A stretch of DNA of 64,000 nt from Podarcis vaucheri (GCA_965113315.1 OZ220377.1), one strand, 5' to 3'; positions 24,396 to 39,491 are shown, counted from the stretch's first letter. Made by a program: numbers and translations. The notes: generated by a model from the letters alone, not told the origin.

Positions 24396-25367
24396 CTGGA
24401 GACAAAGGGAAATAAAGAGAGAGAAAAGAGGATAATATATACTCAAAAGATGAAAAGGACTTTGTTTACAGGAAGAAACAAATACCTCAAACCTCAAAAA
24501 TCTGTGGTCCTACAGGTTCACATTTTTGCTAGTTGAAATAGCTTCTTGGGAGCCATTTTAGTTGGCTATAAAACCACTAAGCGTGCTCAACAATCAAACT
24601 GCCTGTAATCTGGAACACTCCATGAAATTGATTTCATGATATATACTCAACGTTCATGCAGCCAAAATTCAAGCAATTCCAATTATTATATGCAACAGAT
24701 TTCTGGCTAGGTAGAGCTCCCCATCTGTCAGAATGAAAATAGCATTTCCTTTCAGTCTGAAGACCTAGAAAGAAAAATTGTGAACATGATGGGCCACCCA
24801 GGGCCACCAAGGCCCTGCAGATCCAAATCACTGTATGCAGATTCTGTGCAAGCCACAGAGCCAAGAATCACATGAGGAAAATTCTTCTGCAATGGCCTGT
24901 CTTGATGAGAGAGCCATAAAAAAACAAAACAAAAGCCATCTACAGAGGGCCGCAGATGGCAGTGCTTGCTCCATGCTGCATAACGTGTCTGGAAATTGCT
25001 GTTTCAAATTAGCTAGGTTTAGACACACAGGAGCTAATATGGTGAGTCAGACAACTGGGATCAGAGAAGAGGCAACTGCTGTTTCTGAAGCCTGCATCCA
25101 CAAGAGCCATAAATAAACTGCAAATTACTTGTTATCCCACAGTCATTCTGTATTCTGAAATAATAGATTGTGGCCTCAGAGCAACACAACTAGTTTCTGT
25201 CCCAGCCAATGATACTTTTGGATTCATGGAAAAATACACGATACGTCAAAAATTAAGTGTTTTAGGAGCAAACCAAAAATAAATTCTCAATGGCATTCAG
25301 CAGCAAACCCCAAAACTGGCATTAGCATGTTTGAGACTTGAAATCACAACACACAAAAACTTCATAC

Positions 25368-25470
25368 CGTAGTTTCTGGATATTCGATGCAATCCCAGAT
25401 AGTCGGTATATTCCATCCACAATGCCATGCTTTTCAATGAATTCAGTGCAACTCTTGAGAACCTGAGGGA
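25368..25470 (-). CDS. ARHGAP32: ARHGAP32 RhoGAP exon with catalytic arginine finger (VPQVLKSCTEFIEKHGIVDGIYRLSGIASNIQKLR)
   Basis: GIYRLSG motif with intact Arg codon CGA at 25405-25403. Acceptor tttgcttttaag|TC, donor CTACG|gtatga; 103 nt, phase 1 to 2. Confidence 0.97.
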
Positions 25471-26968
25471 CTTAAAAGCAAAAAGCAACAGTGTTGGTTG
25501 ACCATTAGATGCTCTTAGCATCACCTTCCCAGATTCTTCCTGGCTACACACATAGAAAGAAGCCCTTCGAGAAACTACACAGGTAAGAGATTTCTTAAAT
25601 ATCTTTTAAGTGCAGCTAGTTCAGGGGGTGCTTCTGTTTTCTGTTAAGACAAGACTGAAACCCAAATCACTGCAATGTGTGGCTTCAGATAATGAATTCA
25701 TGTTGTTCCTGTTTGCAAAAAGTATAAAGCAGCTGTCACCAAGCCAGCCAGCTTCAGCTGTATGCTTTCTCATGCCTCCAGCACTGAAGGCAGCAGTAGG
25801 ACAGGCTCAGCTAAGTTACTACCACAGAACCAACTGGACTACCCGCTCCCTCCAAATCCTGAAGTTTTGTAACTTGGGGCAGTTGTGACTGGTGGACTGC
25901 TTGTGGCAGCAGTGCTGGCTAGATGCATGTGTTTAACTTGAATTGCAAGTCTATGATTTGGCTTGCTTTGAGGTATCTGCCTTCCATTTGTTTGGGGTTC
26001 AATATGGTGGATTTAGTAATAGCCCTTTGGATAGGATTCAGGTTCAGAGATTCCCATTTGTTAAATGAGCAAATATTTTTTAAATGCTGCATATGTACAC
26101 ATGACATTTGACATATTGACTCTATGGCTGGGTTCATTTGCTTGGGTTATCTGTTCTACGTTCAGTGTTGGAAGTTTCTTGTGCCTGAGACACAATTGTG
26201 TCAGGAAGCCCAATATCCTGCACAGGTGATGTTGCTTGATGGGAGGAACTTGCAAGTACATGCAACAGATGTGCACCTTTAGAGAATTTTCTGCCACTCA
26301 GGCCACCACAATGATGCCCACCACACCTGCCATGTTGTACCCTTTTGGTGCATTTGGGAGGCACAGTGTGACGTCAGGAACTACACCTCACCCTTTGGAA
26401 GAGCGGCAGTTTCATGATGACCACAAAGGTCAGCCAAAATGTTTATAACCTTGGCACCAACCCCAAGCTACCATGCTATGTTTCCTGATCTGCCATTTTT
26501 AACTGGATTGATCCTTCAAATCACAATTTTTCAATGGCATTGACCAGATTGGGCCAAAGGTTTTTGGTTCAAAGGCGGGGAGCTCTATCATAAAAGTCTA
26601 CCCTACTGCTGACTAATAAACACTAACAGCAAATTCCACCTTAAATTTAGTTTAACTTTAACTTTATAGACTTGTATGTCTGCAACAGAATGGAAAAAAC
26701 AAGGTAAATCACAACTACAAATTGCAAAACAGTATGTGCAGTTAATCTGTAACTGAAAAACTAGAACATAGATTAGGATCAATTGCAAGACAGGTACTAT
26801 TAGACACACATTAACATTCCATCCAATATACCAACCCTGCCGGCTATTCTACACAATCGGTTTCCTGCTCTATATCCCTATCCTCCATGTAGGATGAAAT
26901 CAGATTCTCCAGGCAAAACATCAGCATCTTTTAAGCATGTGTTGTTTGGTTAAAAAATGACCACTCCA

Positions 26969-27289
26969 TTTAAAGAGTTAGGTAAAAAGGTAATGGTTAT
27001 GAGAAGTTGGTAAAAATAAGATTTAAGTCTTAAGTTTTAAGGTTTTTTTATAAGATAAGATGAAAATAGAGTAAGGTAATGTAATGACAGAATATTATGA
27101 ATTATGGAAAGGATTTGCTGTGATAATTATTAATTAAGATACAAGAGATGGGAGGAGGAGGTCATGGAAAGAAGGTAATGAAAGCGGAGAATTTGAAAAT
27201 GATTGTTTTATTTTTTTATTTTTCTGTTTTTGTCTTTTTTCTTTGTAATTTTTTTTAAAAAATCTTTTTCCAATAAATATCATTTTTTT
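26969..27289 (+). mobile_element. 5'-truncated L1-type retro-insertion (3' UTR remnant)
   Basis: 17-bp TSD aaaaaatgaccactcca (26952-26968, 27290-27306) at a TT/AAAA site; AT-rich insert with AATAAA at 27272-27277. Confidence 0.75.
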
Positions 27290-28380
27290 AAAAAATGACC
27301 ACTCCAAAGACACTCAACTCCCCCCCCCCCATGCCATTCCAGGGAAGTCTGCTTATTATTAAGGGATTCATAGAAGTTGGGGCAATATCACGGAAAAAAC
27401 TGCCAAAGTTATTTTTAGTTCTACAGTATAAACCTTGCTTTTCATCATACTTCTAAACTATAACATCTCCTTTCTAATTTCTAAATCCAGTCCTTGCCTC
27501 CAACACTTTGAATTTAAGGTTCTCATATCTTCAATTCCTGCTGGATTCACACTATAACCCAAGTAATAGACCGTAGTAAGGTCTGACATAAAACAGAGAC
27601 AGGATAGGATAGGAAACAGTTTGGAGTTATAAGATTAACCAACATATTAGGAGCTGAATTTAAAGGATTGAACACAAATACAAAGAATAATCAACACTTT
27701 CCCTTTTCTGTTTAGCTCCTATAATTCTCCTTTAACAGGAGGCTGAGGCACTGTACAAAAAATGAAGCCACGCATTGGACAAGTCCCCCCCCCCCGTTCC
27801 CTGGCACTGCCAAGAACACCTGCCTGTGCTGCCTAATTGAAGCACCTTGTCACAGAGAACGACCTCAGCAGGCGTCCAGACCTCTTGCCCCCCAGGGTTT
27901 CCTAGCCTTATAAACAAACAGCATGGTAGTGCTGTATTTGTCATAATTAAATTTCAGGAGCACCCTACTGTGACATTTAACATCAAGCCAAAGCAGAAAA
28001 CAGAAAGGGGACAGGGTGATGGGGTGCAGTCACTGCAATATGTTCAATTCACTGGCTCATTCACCATGCAAGAATGGGAATTAACATTGAACTGACAATG
28101 GATACAACAGCCTCATTTGCCCTCCAGGTAGCACTAGTTGACAGCTAATTCTTTAGTTTAATTGTCACAATGGATAAGAGGACCTTGTCAACATTCAGCT
28201 GTGCCAGAAATGGCCAATTCCAAAATTCTTCAAAACAGGTTTATCCCAATCATCTTTTAACTGGGTTGTACTGGGCTCCCTAACAAAAATTAAGATATCC
28301 ACAAATATGCTTCACTGATGCTTATGACTAAGTAGGCTTTTGTTCATTTAAGTCTCCCTACTTTACTTGTTTTCTATTTG

Positions 28381-28437
28381 GAGTTTGTAACCTGAAGCGT
28401 TTGTAACCCGAAGTGTTTGTAACCCAAGGTACCAGTG
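28381..28437 (-). mobile_element. Terminal fragment related to the Tigger-like MITE family
   Basis: tgtaacctgaagcgtttgtaacccgaagtgtttgtaacccaaggtaccagtg|TA resembles the right end of the 62261-62486 copy. Confidence 0.6.
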
Positions 28438-28560
28438 TAATGCGCTGATCTCTCCATCTTAGTTTGTCTGACCCAGTGAGCTCCCAAATGATGTATCTAT
28501 CATACATCCTTTGCTTTGTACCGAAGGATAAGGCACGAGGCTTCCTTGTTCAGTTAACTA

Positions 28561-28810
28561 TAATCGTACCTTGGAAGTCAAATGGAATCCATTCCGGAAA
28601 TCCATTTGACTTCCAAAACATTCGGAAACCAAATCGTGGCTTCTGATTAGCTGAGGAAGCTCCTGCAGCCAATCAGAAGATGTGGAAGCACCGTTGGACG
28701 TTCAGGTTCCAAAAGAACTTTCGCAAACTGAAACAATCACTTCTGGGTTTGCAGTGTTCAGGAGCCAAAACGTCCAAGTTCCAGGGCGTTTGACAACCAA
28801 GATACGACTG
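28561..28810. mobile_element. Second Tc1/mariner (Tigger-like) MITE family
   Basis: Degenerate TIRs TA|taatcgtaccttgg ... ccaagatacgactg|TA; internal inverted segment gcttctgattagctg / cagccaatcagaagat. Confidence 0.7.
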
Positions 28811-31800
28811 TATAGGGAAGTATTTTTTGTCTACATGAAACTTCCAAATGGGCCATGTGTCCAAACCAACAAAGTATGAGACTGAGGGTTGTATTCAATG
28901 AAGCACTAAGAGATTGTTCCATAAGTGCAACAATTTCTGCTTCTTGGTTTACTGATCTCCCCTTTCCACTCCCTCTCCCGCTTGCTGGTCTGGGAGTTCT
29001 GCCGACCCTCTGTAAAGAGTTGGGGAATGCAGGGGGGGGGGAGGTCCTATTGCAATAATGGAAAATATTGTGCTGGCTTCCTCTGGTGCAACAATTTAAT
29101 TCAACACTTCCCCCCAAAATTCATGCTCTTGATTGCAATCATACAACTGTGGAGTTGGAAGGGACCACGGGGTCATCTAGTCCAACCAAACTTTCCAAAA
29201 GACCCCATTTTAATCTATTTGCTTATTAATAGGGCTTATTCCTCTTCAGCACAACCCTTAAGGTGACTTTCAGAACTCAAAAGCACAATACAATATCCTT
29301 GATTTTAAATGGCATGTAGAGAACATGGAAGCCTTCCAGCAGATTAAGATGGCAAAGATGTAAGACAAAGGAAGGGCAAAAGCATGATCACTTTTAATCT
29401 GTTGTTTTGTGTTTCCTTTTACATTCCAATAAATGGGGGAGAGCTGCCAGATGTCATGTCATGTCATGATCCTATCCTGGTCTTATCATGATACCCAGGT
29501 AACTGAAAGTCTAAATTAGATCACTATGCTGATAGCCTGATGCTGACAGAATGACATCTGTAGTCTTCAAACTGATTACAAAGCATAAGCATTTTTGTTA
29601 CATACGCAGAAATACATGGAAGCGCAATTAACAGAGCTCAAATCAAGCCAGAGGCCTGGATTACTATTTTCAGTTCTTCGGTTTCTAGGCAACATGCCAT
29701 CAGTGTTTCCCAGATACATCCCTGTCTGCAGAAACCTTGATAAATTTAAACATGGCGAGCCTGTGGGATGCTGAGCACCACAAACATCTCCTGCAGAGAG
29801 ATAAAGCAATCTGTTTGTGTTTTCTTTCTGATGCCAAAATGACTGTTCCTATTTCTAGAAATAGAAGTGAAAATTAAGGAATAAAGAAGAATTAAGGAGA
29901 CAACAGTCCTCTCCATTAAGCTGCAACAGGAATGTAATGTCTAAGCGTCAAAAATATCCCTGGAGGTTTCAGAGATTTGCTTCATTTCACCACATTGTGG
30001 GACTTGAGCGTGAAATGGGCCCTGGGCCCTGGATGTAAATAGTGTCAGGTGTGGATAAGGACTGTGTGGCACCCTCCAAGCTCTGGCCAAAGGAGGAAAC
30101 ACCAGGAAGGCAATGAACGATCGTAAGTGGGCCATGTGGCTTGCCACTTTCCAATAAAATGTTCAGTTCAGTTGTTCCCTGGTCTGAAAAAGCTGAAATT
30201 GTGGTGACAGGTCACTTTTTACTTCACCCGACAGCTCCACTGCTTTGCAAGCACAAGTGAAAGGGATTGCCACAACCCAGCTGCAGCTCCACTAGGTTTG
30301 GCCCAATGCACTGAGCTTGCAATGGAGATGTGAACAACCCAGTTGACCCACGGCCATGTCTATTTCCTGAAGGTCAACCCAAGGGGATAATAAGCTTCTA
30401 TTAGATACTGCAATCACTGTTTGGGGGGCTTCCCTTGTGCTTGATCCAGAAGCTGCAGTTAGTGCAGAATGCTGCAGCATCATTGTTGAAAGGAGTGAGG
30501 CCTTGTCAGCTATCACACCTGTGCTCAGAGAGCTGCACTGACTGCTACTGCTACAAGTTCAAGGTGTTACTTACTATTAGTTTATAAAGCCTTTAACAAC
30601 TTAGAACCAGTTTATCTACATTATCGCCTTACCCCGCATGTGCCCACTTCACTGCTCTGATCAGTGCAGCTGACACTACTACAGGTGCCACATAATACCC
30701 ATTCCACATTTGTAAGAAATCCATTGTTTAATGTAGCAGCAACTACACTTTGAAACTCCCTGCGTACTGATATCAAGCAGGAGCCTTCCCTGTATTCTTT
30801 TTGGCACTTGCTGAAAACATTCTTGTTTAGACAAGCCTATCCAGATGCTTAGAAAGCTGGTGTGAATTTTATTCTGTTTTAGTGTTTTATCTTTTTGTAT
30901 GTTTTAAAGTATTTCTTGTATTTTTTTCTTCTTTTATCTTTCTGTAAATGGCTTTGAGGTTTTTTTATTTTAGGTTCTTCACAATCAGTTCACAAATTTT
31001 ATGAAATAAATAATTTTAGCTGCACAGCTGATACCTAAGAACATGTTCCAAATAGCAAACTAGCTGCTCACACTGAATATTTCAGTTTACTCAGATCAGA
31101 TTCCCTCCTCTGTTTTTGAGACCGATATGCTTCTTGCATTTTAAGAGTCCAGGGGTTCTCAGTCTATTGCTGGAATAAGAATTATTTGTTCAGCCTGGGA
31201 GACCAAGGCTGCCCACCAAGTTCTGTTGAAACAGTGTCATTTTCACAATGTCCAAGCCAGGACCATTTGGCCAGTTAATGGACCATGCCATACTGAAATG
31301 CTGCCACTCAGCTGAATTCCATGCACCAGCATAAAGTTAAATCATCACTAGAAAACTGGAACAATCACTGTAAAGCAAAGTGTAGTAATACATTTTGAAT
31401 CTAAGTCCATGTTAAAAAAAAAGAAAAAAAAAAGAAAAGGCAGAAGTGTGGATAGCCAGAAATGCTGCTCTTGAGTAAAAGTACTTAAAATAGTCAACTT
31501 TATTTGGACTGTGCTCTGTACTTAACCTGTATTTTCACACAAAGCTGATGAATATCACAGCCGCTTCTATTTTATCACTCAGGTATTGCATTTTTTATGG
31601 TTACAATGAAATATCATCCTATTCTTTCTATTAGTTCCTAGACTTAACCAGCTTAATTTCAGAAATTTGATATTAAAAGTGCTTATGTGAATAAAGCTGC
31701 CTATGTCATCTTCAGGGAATGTTATGTTTAAATTCTACGCTGTTCCAAAATGTCACCTCCAGCTGGTGTTTCATGAACATCCTGCCATCCTAGTGTAGAT

Positions 31801-34800
31801 GACACTATCTATGCTGTTGTCTTATGAGTATTGATTCGTATTCATTCGCTGTAATGAACTTCCCAATAAGCAGTAGTAAAAAGCATTCCCAAAGCAGTAG
31901 CATCTCAAGAAAACCCAATGCTATAATGAACATATACTTTAGGACAAAATTTAAGAATTTGGACATCATAGCTCTTCGCTGCATTAAAAAAAAAAAGTTT
32001 GGAATGCTGGTTCCTGTATTCAGGCTCAGGAAAGAGCCAAAAAGAATTAAAACTCAAGGTACAAGTAAATATACAACAACTAGAGCTGGACTGAAATCTG
32101 TCAGATTAATTTAATAGTAAATTAGGTAAGAATGTTGAAGGCAATAAAAGCAGTTTTAGGGCAGTCGCCCTGCATAGTTATTAACACCACGAGAATGATG
32201 GCTTCAGTTTACCAAAATCTAGGACACTTAAAAATGGGCACATTACCATTCAAGTGATTTCAAATGGTTTTAGATCATCTTTAACCTGCTCTAGACCTTA
32301 CTCCATGCTGCTGCTTCAGTTTCTACCAGACCAAAATCTAAGAGGTTTATTGCTTAATAGAGATTGGCCCACCCCTTTTAGTATTTAAAATGCACACTGT
32401 TTTAAAAGAATAATGGTCTAGATAGCTATAACAATCACTGGCAAGAGCAACATTATGGATTCCATGCCATTATAAGAGAAAAGGCTGAAATGAGTTTGTA
32501 AAATCCAAAATGACTCAGTGAATTACCACTATGCCATGTATGTTTAAGGCTTCTAAATTGTAACAGAAATAATATTAGTATAAGTAAAATCCATTCAAAG
32601 ACTGGAATGCTTTGTAAATACAGACTGTATATCTTTTGAAGACAAGCCTTTAACATTGCTTAAATCTTCCTAATGCATTGCTTAAATTTACCTTATCACA
32701 ACTGCATGCATATGGGCTTTGAACCACATAATGCCTTCCTTTCACAGAATAAAGAATTACCCAATTAATAGTTTTCTTCTGGGTCATTAACAACACACTT
32801 TTCCATATGCTGTGAAGCTGTTTTTGCAGTTGTTTTACATAAATAGGGGGAAAGGGGCATAAGCAGGTAAATGTTTAAAGTAAATTAAAGAACAAGAGTT
32901 TCCTGTCAAGCGTTTTGTCCTCTGTGCTTACTAAAAACATATATCAACAATTCCTATCAATTTCAGAATAGAAAAGAAAGCACCACATCTAATTCCCAAT
33001 GGGAGCCAATGAACATGCACAGAGATGATGCAATACAGAACTATTATCGCAACACAAAGCAGTAAACAATGAAGCTGCTTTCCATTTGTAGGTGATGCTA
33101 AAAGATTCTCACCAGTTTCTTTTGGGCAAAGAGCTGTTTAACTAGGCCAATGGAAGCAGTAATTCTGAGGTGAGCTGCTGCCAACACCAGCTACCAACAA
33201 GGGGAAAGTAAAGAGACCCCAACCTAGTCAGGGGCTACAATATGCTGACAGAGGTTGCACACTATAAAACCACCAAGCATGGCAGGTGGCAGCAAAGCAG
33301 AACAAATTGGTAACCCCAGCTGAATGACGAACCGCTACTCCTCAAGGAGTCTTCGTTTGTTTCCAGGTGTTTATTCAGCACAGGGTAGGGAAATGATGTT
33401 CAAAGCTAAAGAAACCAAAATACTGCAACTATTTCAAATAAATATTGATCAATATGATTCAAGGAAACAACTAATGCACAGCTTAATCACCAAGTTGTTA
33501 GGATGGAAAGCAAAGCTGGTATTTAATAACCCAAGTCTACTGAAGTTCATGTTCTCCCTACATAATTTCCAGCCTGAGACAAAATTACATGAAGACTGTG
33601 CCACATGGCACCCTTGTAGATTCCACCCACATTTGATATGTTACAGCCTGAGTTTCCCAGCCAGTGGCATGTCGTGCTATACTGCAATGATCCTGCGCTT
33701 ATGTGAAGACGCTGCACTTTTGACATGACCACTCCCAGAGCGGCCTGTCTCCCCAAACAGCCACATCCAAACATGTTGCCTAAGTTACTTTAAGCTGTTT
33801 GCTCTGTGATGGTGATATTTTGGGCAATCTGGACAGCATTTGAATCCAATCCATTGACTGCCTATCTTGATCTAGGTCGTACTTTTAACTCCACAATTAT
33901 TTGTTACGATACTTTGCTACGTGCTGAGTGGGTAGAAAGGAAAAGTGGAGCTGCGTCTTTCTGTTTGGCTATAGCTACCTAAATAGTTTGGGCAGCCAAA
34001 TCTCCATTTACATGGCATTACACAGAATGACAGAGAGGCAGCTACCAAGCCAACATGGTGCAGTTTAGAAGATAATCTCAGCAATCCTTCTTACTACAGT
34101 ATTCAAGTCTTCAATAATCCATTAAAGTGAAAATAACTGTTACGAACAGGGTATATGAGAGTAATATACAGGAGCTCTCTCAGAATAAGCAATAGCCTAG
34201 CCTGAAATTCTGCCCATGGTGTCCTAAAATCCAGTTCCCTCTCACTTTTGCAGAGTTCTGAGTTGACTCATTTTCTTCCTCTACAAATGAAGCTCCAAAA
34301 TTCAAGTAATAATTCACAAGGGCGCTTTCAGACAAGCACATTTGTCATGCTGAATTTCATTTGCTCCTAGGATCATCCAGTCTCACTACCAATCCTAGAA
34401 CATTGCCGGTCTGTGCATGCTTTCTCCTAGAGTTGCTAGGATTTCCTGATGTTATATAATCAATGCTGACATTACAACATTGCACCCATGCCCACCCAAA
34501 TCAATTTGATACATGTGAACTATCATCTTTCCAACAGAAACTTTGGGAAACATATGACTCATGTCCTGGATTATGACACAGTGTCAAGGGAAAAAACAAA
34601 GCGCAAAATTTATGCAATGCTACAAACTGTGCCCTGCCATTTAAGGTTCAGCAAAAAATATCTTGGCAAATTTTAGTGCCTGTCATGGTGTAGGTCTTCA
34701 TCCAATTAAGCACTTGAAACACAAACTGAAATGCAAGCAGGTAATGAGTTACAAGAAAAGCCCAAGGAACTGCAAATACACTACAAAGCTCCCAGGGGTA

Positions 34801-36013
34801 TGAGATCACCAAGCAGCAATGTAACATGCTAATTGCATAAGTATTGACACAAATATTATTAATACTCAGGAATGAGGCAAAGCACATGTTTCAATGGATG
34901 ATGTAATCTTTAACTGGGCGATTTTACACTGAAGTGCTTAGCTTCTGAAAGGAAGAAGCCATAAAGAACAGAAGCACCATCAAGACACTACAGAAAACAC
35001 CCAAGAAGCAGCAATAAACAATGCTTCTTCTCCTGAACCTTTCTCTGCAGGCTGAAGTCAGTATAATTACAGCAGTACACACTCAAATGTTTTAAAAATG
35101 TTTGGACTGTTAACAGACCAAATGTGGATTATTAACAGATTGTCCAGTCTCAGGCATAACTGAGACCTATCAATTTCATTATAGACTATAGTACTTCAAT
35201 ATGCTCCTGGATTTATAAGAGAGGTGCAATGAATTATGTGTTTACCCGCCTGGGATAATCAACAGTTATCCCAAGGCAAGTTGCTGAGTGAAGAACTGCA
35301 CATGCTTCTTCTCAAACTCTGCTCCGGGAAGGAAGGATTCTGCCACAGTACAGCAATTTGGATCAGATAACCTTTTGGTCCCTGTGGAGCCTTTAATTCT
35401 AGCTGTCTGTGGCTCTAGTCTTCTTATCCATTCAAATGTCAAAGTACAGCTACAGCAAACTCAGATTTTTGCCCCTTTGCCATCACCTCCTAAGCAAAAG
35501 TTGGAAGATATAACAAGATGGACTTTGATGTGTGATGTCATTCAGTTGCCCAGATTATTATTTATTCCAAATATTTTTCTTGAAAAATTAAAACAGCAAT
35601 AACAATGCATCAGGGAGGCGACATTTTATCCTTGGCTACCGTTCAGATGCCCTTAACTCCTGGGAAAAATGATTGGCCTGATTCTTTCTTAAATCATCAC
35701 CATGAGGACAACCTGCTTCTGTGAATAATCTCTGACTGATGTCAAAATAATAAATTCACTCTCACACACTCTATGTAACACATCAAACTGTGATATTACA
35801 GAAGTGCTGGGTGCCAAGGCAGGACAAATATTATGTCTCAACTGCATGGAAATCTTGGACTGCACTTTCTTAAGAAGAATGAAGAGGTAGATGCTATAGG
35901 TGGAGCATTGTAACGACTCAAAGGAAAGTAATGCTGGTCAGATCCAAATTGTTCTTTTAGAATTTGCATTGTAGGACATTCTTGAGCCAAAGCATAACAT
36001 TCTTCTTACTTAC

Positions 36014-36163
36014 CATCATGACCAGAGTTGAGAAGATGTTCTCCAAGGTCGCAGCCAAATACCCTCTCTTTTAAGATCCCACGTTGCTTCAGTTTCTGTT
36101 TTGTTGGTCGAGACTTCATGAATGTGCGCAGGAAAGTAATAAGCTTGCCGTGTTTTTTTGACA
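36014..36163 (-). CDS. ARHGAP32: ARHGAP32 exon upstream of RhoGAP (VSKKHGKLITFLRTFMKSRPTKQKLKQRGILKERVFGCDLGEHLLNSGHD); contains the short-isoform start ATG at 36119-36117
   Basis: KERVFGCDLGEHL motif. Acceptor caattttacag|TG, donor GATG|gtaagt; 150 nt, phase 1 to 1. Missing from the ORF track. Confidence 0.96.
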
Positions 36164-37011
36164 CTGTAAAATTGAAGGGGAAATCTCATTTTGTGGCCAG
36201 ATAGAGAGGAAGGAAGATGTATAATACATTATTTCACTGAACCACAGTTCATTCTATTCAAAATCAACCCCCATTACTACCATGCACATATCTGATCAGT
36301 TTCTGCAACAGCCTCCTCCCTCCTCCCTTATATAAGTGATTCAAGGAAATCAAAATCTGTAATGGAAGACAGAGTTAAGATATAGTAGGACAATAGTTTT
36401 AATTGTTATGCTCTCCCCATCTCAGCAGTCTGCTTGTGCTTGGTATTTCATAGCTTTCAGTCTAGTGGGGAGAAGAGGAAAGGAAGGAAATCTCCATAAA
36501 AATGGGTAATGCAGCCCATGTGTTTCCTTATGGTTTCATTTCACGCCATGCTTGCAGGGCTAATCCTTTCATGTCAATTGCTTATGAACAGATCAGTGGT
36601 GGGACCCTGACAGGTGAGAAAAGGGAACAAGCATTTCAGAGAGGAAGGAAACTCACTCCTGTACCCTGTGCCCTGCCATAGCACAGCTCTCTGGCCAGTC
36701 TTGTCACTGCCAAGTGTTAGTCTGCCTTTACACATGTTTTATACATGTTTTCTTTATACATGTTTTAAATGTTGCTAAGCAGGATGTCACATCAGCTAAG
36801 AAAGAATTCTAAGCTTGAGACTGGAGGTAGGAGCACAACAGCTAGCCAGGGCCCCAAATTAGCATAACAAAAGGCACATTAATAGGGGAAAATGAATAAA
36901 ATCACAAAACGATAACACCTCCCAAGGTTCTGTTATAACCTATGGAGAAGAATTTTCTTTAAGAGGCATACTTGCTCTCCGCTTCTTGTACTGTTACAGA
37001 ATGATGCCATC

Positions 37012-37150
37012 GCAGAATTTCAGAGTTAGAAGGGACCCCCAAGGGTCATCTAGTTCAACCCTCAGGAATGTAGGAATCCCTGCTACAGTATCCCTGACAA
37101 GTTGCCATCTAGCCTTTCACAAGTGCTCCGTTTAGACCTCCAAGTGAGAG
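37012..37150 (-). mobile_element. CR1 LINE 3' fragment
   Basis: cagagttagaagggacccccaagggtcatctagttcaaccc...atccctgacaagttgccatctagcct...acctccaagtgagagaga is the reverse-complemented CR1 3' end. Confidence 0.65.
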
Positions 37151-39491
37151 AGAGGCAGATTCAGTTCTGAGAGTTTGGTCACCTTGGACCTAGTAGAGTC
37201 TGAGTATTCAGAATGTCTTTTTGGCCTTTTCAGACACTGGTTAAGTGTTTCACAACAGTCCCCTTTGGGTTCCTATTCATTCTGGGATGGTAGTGTTTGC
37301 TTTAACAGTGACCCTAATATTCTTGGCATATTGCACCGTTGACTTAAGTATGTGTCATGTGTTTTATTATTTTCTTGCTTATTGAAATGTTTCTAATGCA
37401 GAGAAAGTGTGAATTTTGTATTATGCTTACTAACCAAATAGTTATTTTTAATCCTTTTTATCAGTTATTAACAGCATTTTTATTTATGGACAATTTTTAA
37501 TATTGTTTCATATTTGATTTTATTGTATTTGTTTTATTAAGTTTATTGATAGACTCGTTTGGCTTCTTTTGGTAATGAAAGGTTCAAATACTGAACATGA
37601 AATAATGGAATTCAATTTTTGAATAAATACAACACTAATTTGGGCAACAGTGATTGCACTGTTGGTACAACCATGGGCATCTAAATTACCATCAGCCAGT
37701 AGTGACAGTAGTGAATGGAAGAATGTTATCCAAAACAAAATACACTGAGTGACCAGGAAATAGGAGTACATAATTGCAGCTGCTATTACACCAGTAGTTA
37801 ATGACTCCAGATTATTGATTACCACCTTGAGAAGCATTAAATGATTCCACAAATGTTTCTACAACCTATTAGCCAATACAAACTCCATGTTCATATGGCC
37901 AGACAAATAGCAAATGTCAAAAAACAAAGAATGAAGCATAAAACTCCCAAGTCTCTCCCACTGTATAGACTGTGATGCTCTTCTTGACCTTTAATGTAAA
38001 AGGGGGTACAAGTTCTTAGCTGTGTTTTCCAAGTTCCATTGAATTAGAGACAATGCAATTGAGATTCATACACGTAGCAATTACCCCTTGATGAGAAGGA
38101 AATGGCCCTATGCCAAAAGGTGAATAAACTTAGCATTAATTTCAATTGGTGAACAGGGCAAAGATGTTCCATTTTAACTTCTTCTTTGAGCTAAAAAGGA
38201 AAAGCTAAGCAGTGTCTTACAAAAGATGCCTGCTCACTCTTACTAAATTGCTTTTGTTTGCAAGCAATTCTCTAGAGACATTCTCTTCAAATAAAAGCCA
38301 CAACATGAAGCCAGTTGCAAAAGGACTTCCTTTATCTCCAGCCTTTTCAGTCTCAGGAAGCTATAAAGCAGTAGTACTGGCTATTAGGCCTTAAGAAAGG
38401 GGCAAGTCTACCATCTTGTTAACAGAAAAGAAAAGAAAAGAGAGGTTGGTGACAATCAAAGCACAGCAGAGTAAAATACTCTTGTGAGGAAATAGCCATG
38501 GTTTCTTTATTCCAAGTGGCAAGATAATGTATACCTGCCAGGACTCTCCAATATTAGGCAACTAACTGGGGATACAAAACTGTTGGGTGCCGACAATTCC
38601 AAAGCAATGATACTTATATGACAGGCCACTATAATACAGCATTTCAACATATATGCATTATGACAATACTATGAAACAATAATTTAATACAGAACAGATG
38701 AAAAGAAAAATATACTGAAGGTTATTACAATGAGAGTATCACTCCGAAACTTACCCGAGTTCAAAACACACACTGCAGCTTTTTTTTGTTTTGTCAAATG
38801 CTGTTATGTTTTACAGCAGGGATTTACAGCAACCCATCACACTGGGTCCCAAGTACATCAGACCTTGGCTGCAGTCAAGGTGCTAATCGGCAACATTTTT
38901 GTGCTAGCTGGCTGACTACAAACATTACCTTTTGCCTAGGTATTTTATGAACCTGACAAAAATTAAAAGGAAAGAAACAGTGAGATACTCCTACCATCAC
39001 TTCAGAAAAGCTTGAAAGCATCTCTCTCTCGCTCTCTCTCCCCTCCCCCCCAAAAAAATATTCAGTTCCAGTTAGGTGTCTTGGTATTTGTGCTTCTCAG
39101 ATTTGGCTGCTGTGTCTCCTAATCTCTTTTCAAGGGGAGCAGAGGATGATTGCCTGGTATTCCTAGGTTACCAACCAGGAGAAAGTGACTCTACTAATGG
39201 TGGTGGGCTGGAGCTTAAGTTTTCCCCACCCTGAGATACATAAATTGAAAGGGAAGATACCAAAACAACTAGAGTAGTGTGGCTAAACAAATTTATTATG
39301 GCATGTGCTGCTGTGGAGCAGAATCCAGTTTACTAATTTTATATTTCAGTCTGAAAAGTAATATCCAAACTCATAATAGCCTCTATAGGTAATATATCCT
39401 AAAACGCAGTAGATATAGGCTTCTAATAATAGCAAATACAGTAAGGGTACAATCCAGTACTCAAGATACACTAGCTGAGGGACTGCAGTAG

